The notes under the pieces: generated by a model
Seen by the model: the letters and a program-made list of their open reading frames with translations, nothing else
The model's database searches: none
Told to the model about the DNA's origin: nothing
Program-made: the position numbers and the translations under genes
Part shown: positions 1 to 9,031 of the stretch, piece by piece
Layout of the letters: each line of letters opens with the position of its first letter
Position numbering within the stretch: position 1 is the first letter of the stretch
From: a virus
Lineage: Duplodnaviria > Caudoviricetes
DNA length: 64,000 nt
IMG/VR virus record: IMGVR_UViG_2806310979_000001
Location: 1 to 64,000 of that record
Reading direction: 5' to 3' (one strand)

Positions 1-213
1 ATGGCAATCAGTTATAAAAAACTTTGGAAATTATTGATAGATAAAGACATGAAAAAGAAAGACTTGCAAAAATTAGCACATGTCAGTTCAGCATCAATTA
101 CAAAATTAGGTAAAAATGAGAATGTTAATACTGAGATTTTGGAAAAAATATGTATAGCACTATCATGTGATATTAGTGACATAATGGAAATGGTGCCTGA
201 TAATGAAAAATAG
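1..213 (+). CDS. XRE/Cro-C1 family HTH regulator, probable controller of R-M operon 1
   Basis: ISYKKLWKLLID...VSSASITKLGKNENV...LEKICIAL is a typical small XRE (HTH_26-like); directly upstream of MTase genes. Confidence 0.85.
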   Translation: MAISYKKLWKLLIDKDMKKKDLQKLAHVSSASITKLGKNENVNTEILEKICIALSCDISDIMEMVPDNEK

Positions 214-269
214 CTGTTTGAGTTAATATATAGTCACTGTGCAATAGTGCAAGAAAGGCGGATAAGAAA

Positions 270-998
270 TTGACATATCAGATTTATAATGGAGACTGTA
301 TTAAGGAAATGAAGAAAATTCGCGATAATACAGTTGATTTGGTAGTGACAGATCCACCCTATAATTTAGGGAATTTTATGAAAAATAGAGATACTAATCT
401 TGCGAAAATGCGTGATAATTTTTTTGGAGCGGCCGGATGGGATAATTTAGAATTTGAAGATTGGGAAAGAAGTATGGATGCTTTTCTTGAACAAACGGCT
501 CGTATCATGAAAAAAGGTGGATCTATTATTATATTTATGGCAGTAATAAAGGTAGAGACGATAATAAGACTTGCAGAAAAGCATGGTTTTTACTATAAAA
601 CAACAGGTATATGGCATAAGCTTAATCCAATGCCAAGAAATATGAATTTGCACTTTGTGAATTCGACCGAGTCTTGGTTATATTTTACTTATAAAACAAG
701 AACAGGAACATTCAATAATGAAGGAAAAATGTTGCATGATTTTATTGAAACAGCAGTAACACCGGTTAGTGAAAGGAAATATGGCAAACATCCAACGCAA
801 AAGCCAGAGCAACTTATATCGCATTTTGTTTATACATTATCTAATAAAGGAGCGTGTGTTCTCGATCCATTTATGGGTAGTGGAACTACGGGAGTAGTAT
901 GTAAAAGATTGGATCGAAATTTTATAGGAATTGAATTAGATACATCATATTATGAAATTGCAAAAAAAAGGATGGAGGAAACAGGGGATGAAGCCTAA
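270..998 (+). CDS. DNA amino-methyltransferase (m6A/m4C, beta class)
   Basis: DPPY catalytic motif before HPTQKP and LDPFMGSGTT SAM-binding motif; TTG start. Confidence 0.92.
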   Translation: MTYQIYNGDCIKEMKKIRDNTVDLVVTDPPYNLGNFMKNRDTNLAKMRDNFFGAAGWDNLEFEDWERSMDAFLEQTARIMKKGGSIIIFMAVIKVETIIRLAEKHGFYYKTTGIWHKLNPMPRNMNLHFVNSTESWLYFTYKTRTGTFNNEGKMLHDFIETAVTPVSERKYGKHPTQKPEQLISHFVYTLSNKGACVLDPFMGSGTTGVVCKRLDRNFIGIELDTSYYEIAKKRMEETGDEA

Positions 999-2073
999 GT
1001 TAATGGATTTATTCGCAGGTGTTGGAGGATTATCACTTGGATTTGAAAAAATGGGCTTTGATATTGTATTTGCAAATGAATTTGATGAAGGGATAGCAAA
1101 TGCTTATAAAATAAATCATCCCAATACGAATGTACTAGTAGCAGATATAACAAAGATAAATTTTGATGAGGTATTTGATAAATATGTAGGTAGGATTGAT
1201 ATTATAGTAGGCGGTCCTCCTTGCCAAGGATTTTCGCAAAAAGGGCAAAGGAAAACGATACATGATGAGAGAAACTTTTTATTTAAATATTATGTTAAAG
1301 CGGTTGAAAAAGTAAGACCTAAATATTTTGTTATGGAAAATGTTCCAAATTTATTAACCGCTGAACATGGTTATTTTAAGAATGAAATAATAGAATTGTT
1401 CAATAAACTTGGTTATGAAATAAAAACAGGTGTTTTGGATGCTGCTGATTATGGTGTGCCGCAAAATAGGAGAAGAGCAATTATTATAGGGAAAAACAGA
1501 GGTGAGGCACCCGATTTGCCAGAACCATTAAAACAGAAAGTGACAATATGGGATGCTATTAGTGACTTGGCATATCTTGAATCAGGAGAAGGTTCAGAAA
1601 TACAAAAATATAAAAATCCAGCGGAAAGTTTGTATCAAAAAGAAATGAGAAAAAATAGTAAAGAGTTATATAATCACATTGCAACAAAACATTCAAAAGT
1701 AGCATTAGAAAGACTTGCCTTGATTCCGCCAAATTGTGGGAAAGAAGTTTTGCCAAAAGAGCATTTAACAAAATCAATATATAGTGGGACTTGGACAAGA
1801 ATGGTAAAAGACGAGGTGTCGGTAACAATTACTACGAGATTCGATACACCTTCTTCTGGAAAGTTTACGCATCCTTATTTGAATAGGGCTATAACGGTAC
1901 GTGAAGCAGCGAGAATACAATCTTTTCCAGATGATTTTCATTTTATTGGTACAAAAACGTCTCAGATGAAACAAGTTGGAAATGCTGTTCCACCTAATCT
2001 TGCCAAAGCTATAGCAGAAGTTATTTTGAATGATATGCGGAAGGAGGTATCATTAAATGATAAGACCGAGTGA
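988..2073 (+). CDS. DNA (cytosine-5) methyltransferase
   Basis: DLFAGVGG, GGPPCQGFS, ENV, PQNRRR, REAARIQSFPD, QVGNAVPP; ATG 988 follows GGAGG. Confidence 0.95.
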   Translation: MKPKLMDLFAGVGGLSLGFEKMGFDIVFANEFDEGIANAYKINHPNTNVLVADITKINFDEVFDKYVGRIDIIVGGPPCQGFSQKGQRKTIHDERNFLFKYYVKAVEKVRPKYFVMENVPNLLTAEHGYFKNEIIELFNKLGYEIKTGVLDAADYGVPQNRRRAIIIGKNRGEAPDLPEPLKQKVTIWDAISDLAYLESGEGSEIQKYKNPAESLYQKEMRKNSKELYNHIATKHSKVALERLALIPPNCGKEVLPKEHLTKSIYSGTWTRMVKDEVSVTITTRFDTPSSGKFTHPYLNRAITVREAARIQSFPDDFHFIGTKTSQMKQVGNAVPPNLAKAIAEVILNDMRKEVSLNDKTE

Positions 2074-4453
2074 AATAGAACAATACCCAGAAATAGATTT
2101 AAAATTAGGAATTAAATCATCATTGCCAAATATAAAAAGTACATTAGCATTATTAATCCTTATATGGGAGGCATTGGGAAAACCTTCAGAAGTTTTATAT
2201 TCTATGGAAGAAGGTAATAAACTTAAATTATCTGCTGAAGTAAAAAAATCTATTTTAGAATATGTAAAGCCATATCAGGATAAAAGTATTCTTGATAAAG
2301 GCGAGATGGAAAATTGCCTTGATTCGAATCAATTATTAAAATCTCAAATAGAAGCATTAATTGTGGCATTTGAGTTGGTGTGGAAAATAGCAAAAATTAG
2401 ATTTGAAGATCGGCAGAAACCTTTTAGTGCGGAAAGAACAGGGGGAAATAGGTACAATAAAATAATCACATATACCTCGAATATTGACGTCTTGGGTGTA
2501 CTATTTGATTTGAACAGAGAGGAAACTGATAAAATTATTCTAAATTGGTTGGGGTGCAATATAGCTATTGATTTAAAAACGGAGAGAGATTTTTGCAAAA
2601 TTCTTACTGTTATGTCAGAAACAGCGGTATATAAGATGAATAATGAGGGTAAGGATATTATATTCAACCAAAATGAAATATACAAAAGTTTAAAAGATTC
2701 GGATAGTGTAGATATTAATGGCGATAAAGAGGCAAAGGGCTCGCTGAGAATTTTAAAATCACTTTTATCGGAGAAGTTAAACCCTTATCTTGGTTATAAA
2801 ACTGGAAATATCAGTTGTGCAAGCGATGATATAGAGAACCTGGAAAATTATCAAAAAAGAGTAGATGCATATCTATCGCTGTCTGCGTCCAAAATAATTA
2901 GGAGTGAAGATGAAAATAATTATGATGATGTGTTTACTCATAATTTATTTGGAATACATATAAAGCAAAAAAATGATGCATTATCAGAGGATAATCCACA
3001 TATATGTATTGGTTGGTCTAATTTAGGGGACTTGACAGACGTTGATAGCCGGGATAAATTATCTGCAATCTATGATCAAAAATACTCAAAAAATAAAAGA
3101 GGTAGAGGTCAAGATATTGGACAGATATGGAGATTTTTGCATGATATGAGTATTGGAGACTATGTCATTTTTGCAGAGTCATCTGTATTTCATATAGGGC
3201 AAATTGAGTCATACTATTATTATGATAATACTGAGAAGCAAAATCAAAGCGAAGATTATACAAATAATCGAAAAGTAAAATGGATTAAAAAGAATATTGA
3301 TCGCAATATTTTGTCGGCTAATATGCATAACTCTTTAAAAACAGCGATGTCTGTTTGGACACTGAATGATTATAAATCAGTGGTTGTTGATTTGTTGAGA
3401 GGAACATATACAAAAGATGGAGAGATTGATATGGAAGACGAATACATAGAATTAATTTATAATACAAAGATTTCTTTGGACTATGAAAGAAACCGTATAG
3501 TATTTGGTGCTCCGGGTACCGGAAAGAGTTTTGGATTAAAGAAAGATTGTGATAATTTATTGAAAGATACAGAAGGATCATATGAAAGAGTTACGTTTCA
3601 TCCAGATTACTCTTATTCACAGTTTGTTGGCACATATAAGCCAGTCATGGATATAGACGGAAAAAGTATAAAATATGATTTTGTTCCGGGCCCTTTTATG
3701 CGTGTGTATGTAGAAGCACTAAGAAGTGGAAGAACAGATAATCCTCAGCCACATCTTTTGCTGATTGAAGAAATTAACAGGGCAAAGGTGGCAGCAGTAT
3801 TTGGAGATGTATTCCAGTTACTTGATAGGGATGCAGCAGGTGTGAGTGAATACGAGATTCAAGCATCTGAAGACATTAGAAGATACCTTGCAGATAAATT
3901 AGGTGGAAATCCTGATAATTATCAAAAAATACGAATTCCGAATAATATGTTCATTTGGTCTACAATGAATAGTGCTGATCAGGGTGTATTTCCAATGGAT
4001 ACTGCATTTAAGAGAAGGTGGAATTTTGAATATTTAGGTATCAATAAAAATGAAGATCAGATTTCTGGTATTGGGAAAATAAAACTGGCCGGAAGCGATG
4101 AGACCGTTGAGTGGAATATTCTCCGCAGAGCCATTAATGCAAAAATGTCATCAGAACAGTTCAAAATTAATGAGGACAAACTAATGGGGCCATTTTTCCT
4201 TTCCAAGAAGATTATTGCATCTGATGAAAACGGAATGATTATTAATTCTGATAAATTTGTGGATGCGTTCAAAAGCAAAGTAATCATGTATCTGTATGAG
4301 GATGCAGTAAAACAAGGCAAACATAGATTTTTTGACGGGTGTGATAGCAGTAAATATTCATCGGTGTGCGATGCTTTTGACAAACTTGGAATGGGCATTT
4401 TTGGAGCAAACTTTAAGGAAAATTTCTATGATGAACAAAGGGATGAGATATAA
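2057..4453 (+). CDS. McrB-family AAA+ GTPase restriction subunit (LlaJI R1-like) with long N-terminal recognition region
   Basis: Walker A GAPGTGKS, VTFHPDYSYSQFVG, Walker B IEEINRA, McrB signature MNSAD, AFKRRW. Confidence 0.9.
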   Translation: MIRPSEIEQYPEIDLKLGIKSSLPNIKSTLALLILIWEALGKPSEVLYSMEEGNKLKLSAEVKKSILEYVKPYQDKSILDKGEMENCLDSNQLLKSQIEALIVAFELVWKIAKIRFEDRQKPFSAERTGGNRYNKIITYTSNIDVLGVLFDLNREETDKIILNWLGCNIAIDLKTERDFCKILTVMSETAVYKMNNEGKDIIFNQNEIYKSLKDSDSVDINGDKEAKGSLRILKSLLSEKLNPYLGYKTGNISCASDDIENLENYQKRVDAYLSLSASKIIRSEDENNYDDVFTHNLFGIHIKQKNDALSEDNPHICIGWSNLGDLTDVDSRDKLSAIYDQKYSKNKRGRGQDIGQIWRFLHDMSIGDYVIFAESSVFHIGQIESYYYYDNTEKQNQSEDYTNNRKVKWIKKNIDRNILSANMHNSLKTAMSVWTLNDYKSVVVDLLRGTYTKDGEIDMEDEYIELIYNTKISLDYERNRIVFGAPGTGKSFGLKKDCDNLLKDTEGSYERVTFHPDYSYSQFVGTYKPVMDIDGKSIKYDFVPGPFMRVYVEALRSGRTDNPQPHLLLIEEINRAKVAAVFGDVFQLLDRDAAGVSEYEIQASEDIRRYLADKLGGNPDNYQKIRIPNNMFIWSTMNSADQGVFPMDTAFKRRWNFEYLGINKNEDQISGIGKIKLAGSDETVEWNILRRAINAKMSSEQFKINEDKLMGPFFLSKKIIASDENGMIINSDKFVDAFKSKVIMYLYEDAVKQGKHRFFDGCDSSKYSSVCDAFDKLGMGIFGANFKENFYDEQRDEI

Positions 4454-5934
4454 TGAAAGTCGTTTCACAATATGTCAGGGAACAGAAACGTTATACAAAA
4501 AATGATCTTAAAAGTAAGTTTTCTTTTGATGAAGACGGAGTGGAAAAATTTATAAAAAGCCTTAAAGCCTATGGTGTTTTGAAAAGTGTAAAAAATACTG
4601 ATGATCAGCTTGCAATGTCAGATCTCATGGATGATGATGTGGAAATTACTGATGAGACGGCTGAAAGCGGAGATTGTTTGTATGTGTTTACATATGTAGG
4701 AATTATTACCTGTGGAAGTCGTGTCATCAAAGTATATCCCAAATATTTATTATCAAAGAAAGATGAAGATCTTCTGGGTGAGATGAAACAGATTCTTAAA
4801 GTATTGGAACGATATAGCCGATCGGAAGAACAGATTATCAATGTTTTTAATGGAGATGGAGAGAATAGGAGCTTTAATATTCTTGCAGTAATTCTTTTTC
4901 TGATAAATGATTACTATGAATATGGTATTTATACGAATAGTGAAGATATTGTAGAAATAAATGGAGAAGGAGATATTCTTTGGGGAAAAACGATTGATGA
5001 AAGTTTTGCACTAATAGAGGACAACCGTCCGTATTATATGGAATTGTATACGGGTAAATCTATAGAAGATGATACCGATTATTTCAAAAGATTGCATGAG
5101 TGTGTACTTACAGAATGCTCTAGACAGCTCCAAGATGCTCAGTTGGATATACTGTTTGATATGGATAGTATAGAATTATCTGAGGAAGTATTGGATGATT
5201 TTGGGGATAGAGAATATATTCTTGAAAGAATTATCAAAGAGCTGAATCTTCAGTTTAATACCCATAGGCAAATACTGCTAAAAACATTGTATGCATATGT
5301 ATCGCAGGATAGGAAGATGCTTGATGAAAATGATGGTATCAGTATGTATGGAACGACAGCATATCACGCAGTATGGGAAAAAGCATGTGCAGAAGTATTT
5401 GATAATAAACTTAATACGATACTAGGACAGTTGAACATGACAGTACCACTTGCGGAACAGTATCAAGGGAAAAAAGAAAGACATCTAAAGTTGATTGATA
5501 TTATAGAAAAGCCAATATGGCAGGGTATTGATACAGAAGCTAAAGCAGCAGATACATTGATTCCTGATTTGATTAGCATTCCTTGTATAGATGGAAAAGA
5601 TTGGTTTATCATATTTGATGCAAAATACTATAATATTCAACTTGAGAAGGGAAAGTCGCTTCGAGGGAATCCCGGTGTTGGGGATGTTACAAAACAGTAT
5701 CTATATCAGTTGGCGTATAAAGATTTTATAGATGCACATGGGATTACGAAAGTGAGAAATTGTTTCCTAATGCCGACAGAGAATAATGAAATTGTAAAAA
5801 AGGGTATTGCAAAGATGGCTATGCTTGAAAGATTGGGATTAGAAAACATACAAATTCGACAAATTCCGGCAGGCAGATTATATGAGTTGTATTTAACGGG
5901 CAGACATATGGATATTTGTGAATTGATGTTATGA
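4453..5934 (+). CDS. LlaJI-family (McrC-like) PD-(D/E)xK restriction endonuclease subunit
   Basis: LIPD...IFDAKYY and DVTKQYLY motifs; coupled to the McrB-like gene. Confidence 0.85.
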   Translation: MKVVSQYVREQKRYTKNDLKSKFSFDEDGVEKFIKSLKAYGVLKSVKNTDDQLAMSDLMDDDVEITDETAESGDCLYVFTYVGIITCGSRVIKVYPKYLLSKKDEDLLGEMKQILKVLERYSRSEEQIINVFNGDGENRSFNILAVILFLINDYYEYGIYTNSEDIVEINGEGDILWGKTIDESFALIEDNRPYYMELYTGKSIEDDTDYFKRLHECVLTECSRQLQDAQLDILFDMDSIELSEEVLDDFGDREYILERIIKELNLQFNTHRQILLKTLYAYVSQDRKMLDENDGISMYGTTAYHAVWEKACAEVFDNKLNTILGQLNMTVPLAEQYQGKKERHLKLIDIIEKPIWQGIDTEAKAADTLIPDLISIPCIDGKDWFIIFDAKYYNIQLEKGKSLRGNPGVGDVTKQYLYQLAYKDFIDAHGITKVRNCFLMPTENNEIVKKGIAKMAMLERLGLENIQIRQIPAGRLYELYLTGRHMDICELML

Positions 5935-5941
5935 TGAAGGA

Positions 5942-5970
5942 TTGACAAAAAGAACGTATGTTCGTATAAT
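5942..5970 (+). promoter_or_regulatory. sigma-A promoter with LexA (Cheo/SOS) box in the spacer
   Basis: TTGACA 5942-5947, 17 bp, TATAAT 5965-5970; GAAC-GTAT-GTTC at 5952-5963. Confidence 0.9.
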
Positions 5971-6055
5971 GAAAGTATCGCTACAGAAATACCAGGCAGG
6001 GAGTTGTTAAGCAGACCAATCAATATAGTTCCGGTATTGGAGGTGTAAATTAACA

Positions 6056-6319
6056 ATGGAGTTAGAAGAGTACATTAAAGATGCTACGGATGAGGCAATG
6101 AGTGATTACATAAAATCTGAAAAGTATAAAGAACACAAGAAACAAATTAATGATTTATTACGGAACATGAGAGAAAATCTTTCATCAGAAAAAATGATTT
6201 TACTGAATCAGCTATTGGATGCAATATCGGTATGTGATGGAGCATTTGCATCAGAAGCGTATTTGCAGGGCGTTGTTGAAGGAATTGCGTTGTACAAAAA
6301 GAAGATTAGATCTGTTTGA
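6056..6319 (+). CDS. small helical protein (DUF6809-like), paralogue of 6368-6634
   Basis: GGAGGT RBS; about 40% identical to the convergent neighbour by manual alignment (LEEYIKDA...FASxAYLxGVVxGIAL). Confidence 0.8.
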   Translation: MELEEYIKDATDEAMSDYIKSEKYKEHKKQINDLLRNMRENLSSEKMILLNQLLDAISVCDGAFASEAYLQGVVEGIALYKKKIRSV

Positions 6320-6322
6320 AAG

Positions 6323-6367
6323 AAAAGCTGATGCACACCTTGATGAAGGTAGTGCATCAGCTTTTTT
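6323..6367. terminator. bidirectional intrinsic terminator
   Basis: AAAAGCTGATGCAC/GTGCATCAGCTTTT stem between convergent genes. Confidence 0.85.
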
Positions 6368-6634
6368 CTATTCACTTTTATTGTCCAGTGTTTTATTTTT
6401 TAATGCAATTCCACTTACAACACCACGAAGATAGGCGGCGGAAGCAAAATCACTATGTTGTTGTCCCAAGACATTTACTAATCTGTTTAAGGTTGAAACT
6501 TGATCTGGGGTCAATTCGGAACGCAGAGAATATAGAAGTTTTTCGATTTCTTCTCCTTGTTGCTTGTATGTTTCGGTAGTCAGGTAATCTTTCATTTCAT
6601 CGTCAATGGCATCTTTAATATATTCTTCAAGCAT
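6368..6634 (-). CDS. small helical protein (DUF6809-like), paralogue of 6056-6319
   Basis: GGAGGT RBS; clear paralogy. Confidence 0.8.
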   Translation of the reverse strand: MLEEYIKDAIDDEMKDYLTTETYKQQGEEIEKLLYSLRSELTPDQVSTLNRLVNVLGQQHSDFASAAYLRGVVSGIALKNKTLDNKSE

Positions 6635-6675
6635 TTTAATACCTCCAAATGCTGCTGTGATATTTGCGGGTTACG

Positions 6676-7056
6676 TTATGCGAATATCATACTGTCAGCA
6701 TCATCGGTATCCAGACCACGAATCTGGTTACGGTGAAGATACACATTTCGGAGTCGATATGAATAATTCCGAAATGAGAAGGTGGCTGACTTGGCGATAG
6801 GAATGAATAAAACTGCTTTTATATATGCGTGCAGGGAGCAGCAGGATGAGCGTCGATCCTCCTTTGTTTTGTGATATAAGAAATCATGCATGAAAGCGAT
6901 TAAGCTCATTAGGTGTTCATGGACTTTATCAATAAGCTCATCAATAACATTTTCTACAATTTCATATACCAGTTTATGTAAGGCATCATGAATAACTTTT
7001 ATAGAAAATGTGACTTCTTCGTTCGTTTTTTTAATAATCATCCGGGATTCTTCCAT
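6676..7056 (-). CDS. hypothetical protein, first gene of the NrdR-box operon
   Basis: GAGGTG RBS and near-consensus promoter upstream; no recognisable domain. Confidence 0.6.
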   Translation of the reverse strand: MEESRMIIKKTNEEVTFSIKVIHDALHKLVYEIVENVIDELIDKVHEHLMSLIAFMHDFLYHKTKEDRRSSCCSLHAYIKAVLFIPIAKSATFSFRNYSYRLRNVYLHRNQIRGLDTDDADSMIFA

Positions 7057-7092
7057 ACGCTAAATTCACCTCTTTTCTTTGTTGAGTCAAAA

Positions 7093-7145
7093 ACTCTATA
7101 TATTGTGGTATGTATTATTATAATACACAATATATAGAGTTTCAA
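7093..7145 (-). promoter_or_regulatory. sigma-A promoter overlapped by two tandem NrdR boxes
   Basis: Minus strand TTGAAA (7140-7145), 17 bp, TATAAT (7117-7122); ACTCTATATATTGTGG 7093-7108 and ACACAATATATAGAGT 7125-7140 match acaCwAtATaTwGtgt, 32 bp apart. Confidence 0.8.
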
Positions 7146-7155
7146 GGGTTAATTG

Positions 7156-7716
7156 TTATGCAGCTAATCCAAATAATTCTAACATTCGGATTTCGACTGG
7201 TTCGTAATCAGCGGGACCATATTGTAGCCACTTATGATAATAGCACATGGAATAGTATGCTGCTTGGATGGATAGGTCAAATTTAACTGCAACATCAATA
7301 TAATCATCGCATTGTGCATAATGAATCAATGGTGGTGGCGCAATACTATATTTTGCAAAAAAGTTTGCTTCCGCTTCTGCGAGTTCGCTCTCTTGGGTAT
7401 GATCTAACCGGATATGCCCAATTTCATGAAGGATTGTCCAACGTTGGCGTTCGTGGCTGTTTTCATCATTATAAAAAATAACCCACATAAACATACCAGA
7501 GACTTTATCCTCTACTAACATATGAAAGCCATCCATACTGATGTTCATAGCGGTTACCAATTTTTTTCCCTTTAATTTAGAATAGGGAACTAATCGGTAA
7601 TTTAGTCTTCTTGCAATTTCCATGCAGTCGATGGGGTATGTGGTTAATCCACATTCTTCATACATATCGACTACATTTTCTTTAATGTTTTCATATTGAG
7701 AGTCGCTCAGATACAA
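7156..7716 (-). CDS. ImmA/IrrE-family metallopeptidase (antirepressor)
   Basis: RQRWTILHEIGH (HExxH) and EAEANFFA; downstream of XRE repressor. Confidence 0.9.
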   Translation of the reverse strand: MYLSDSQYENIKENVVDMYEECGLTTYPIDCMEIARRLNYRLVPYSKLKGKKLVTAMNISMDGFHMLVEDKVSGMFMWVIFYNDENSHERQRWTILHEIGHIRLDHTQESELAEAEANFFAKYSIAPPPLIHYAQCDDYIDVAVKFDLSIQAAYYSMCYYHKWLQYGPADYEPVEIRMLELFGLAA

Positions 7717-7731
7717 AAAATCAGTCCTTTC

Positions 7732-8058
7732 TTAGTCATCTGGCTCAAGAAGGGCATTAATCAGTTCGTTTCTTTGTTTCCGAGTCATTTGGGATGCGTT
7801 ACGTGCAATGAGTCGGTGGATTTTGTAATACTCACTCTCAAAATCGCCAACTTCTTCTGTACCTAATAAATAGTCGGAAGTTGTGTGTAATGCGGTGGCA
7901 ATATTAGCGATGACAGGACCTTTGGGGGTACGATCATTGCTGATATAGCGAGACATGGAAACTTCGGTAACACCTACTTTTTCAGCCAATTCTCTTTGAG
8001 TCAAACCATTTTTTTCTAATAGTTCAGCAATCCTACCTCCTAATGTGTTTTCATTCAT
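7732..8058 (-). CDS. XRE-family prophage repressor (ImmR/CI-like)
   Basis: GLTQRELAEKVGVTEVSMSRY HTH; paired with ImmA, divergent from early genes. Confidence 0.9.
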   Translation of the reverse strand: MNENTLGGRIAELLEKNGLTQRELAEKVGVTEVSMSRYISNDRTPKGPVIANIATALHTTSDYLLGTEEVGDFESEYYKIHRLIARNASQMTRKQRNELINALLEPDD

Positions 8059-8392
8059 CTCTTAATTACCTCTTTCTAAATTGAATTTGCATATGCTCTG
8101 CAGGGCTCTTGCGGCTCTTGCGTCTTTGGCATTTTGCAGTGTATGGCTTCTCGTTTTTTGGGAATATTGTTTGTCAGCACTTTAGTTTATTGAAAAAATA
8201 TATTCAATTTGGGAGTGTGCTATTACCGTTCCCGATGGTCGTTTAGCTCCAACTGGCTTGCTCTTATGACTGGCTCATTTTGTCCTTGCACTACAGCAAT
8301 CATACAAATACTTCTTGCATTCTCTTTTGTGTAGTATAATATAAAATTTTAATCATAAAAAATAAAAAAGGAATACTGAACTATTTACCAAA

Positions 8393-8594
8393 AATATATC
8401 ATAACTTACCATTTGTGTCAATCTAAAAAGATGAAATGCGTGAAAAAGTAGTATTAAACCACGATTTGGCATTATGCAAAACTAAAAATAGGATTGACAA
8501 CTTACCGATTGTTTAATATAATTCGGTTTATAAGATGAAGAAATGGAAGAAAAAGGAAATTATTTTTTTACACAATACTTACCAAATGGTTAAG
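8393..8594. promoter_or_regulatory. divergent lysis/lysogeny promoters with repeated ACTTACC operator half-sites
   Basis: Leftward TTGACA (8416-8421), 17 bp, TATATT; rightward TTGACA (8494-8499), 17 bp, TATAAT (8517-8522); ACTTACC at 8404, 8500 and 8577. Confidence 0.8.
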
Positions 8595-8641
8595 AAAAAG
8601 AAGAAAAAATTTCCAAATAAAATTAAGAGGAGAGTGACATT

Positions 8642-8833
8642 ATGAAAGAGAAACAGATGAGCATTCATTTACGGTGTCCGTGGTGTGAAGGAAGTGAAAC
8701 ATTAGCCGATGGAAAAGGAAAAGTAACGATATCAGTCCAGTGTCCTAAATGTAAACATATTTATAAAGCGGATTTAGATACTGGAAAGACCGAAAAATCA
8801 AAAGCGCAAATGCGACTCAAAAATAGAAGATAG
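8642..8833 (+). CDS. small Zn-ribbon protein (CPWC...CPKC; KTR/Mu Com-like)
   Basis: two CxxC motifs; GAGGAG RBS; first gene of the rightward transcript. Confidence 0.7.
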   Translation: MKEKQMSIHLRCPWCEGSETLADGKGKVTISVQCPKCKHIYKADLDTGKTEKSKAQMRLKNRR

Positions 8834-8873
8834 AGCTGACTGATCGTCGGGGTTTATTATAACCACCATTAAG

Positions 8874-8918
8874 ATCGGAGCAAGATTGTAATTTTACAGT
8901 CATGCTCCGATTTTTTTT
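8874..8918 (+). terminator. intrinsic terminator/attenuator after first early gene
   Basis: ATCGGAGCA...TGCTCCGAT stem followed by a T run. Confidence 0.8.
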
Positions 8919-8992
8919 ATCACGATGTGTTTTTACTTTTTTGAAAAGCGAAACGGAGAATAAATACATAGAAAAACTTTTGCGAAAAAGTT

Positions 8993-9031
8993 TCAAATAG
9001 GAAATTACCCTTCCTATTTGAGTTCTATATT
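8993..9031 (+). promoter_or_regulatory. palindromic operator at the -35 position plus -10 box
   Basis: TCAAATAGGAA-N7-TTCCTATTTGA (8993-9021) then TATATT 9026-9031. Confidence 0.65.

Noticed and set aside
221-236. Single NrdR-like box before the first MTase
   Set aside because: Partial match lacking the conserved C, with no partner box 31-32 bp away
6219-6800. Plus-strand ORFs 6219-6434, 6316-6579 and 6606-6800
   Set aside because: Overlap the terminator and the better-supported minus-strand genes
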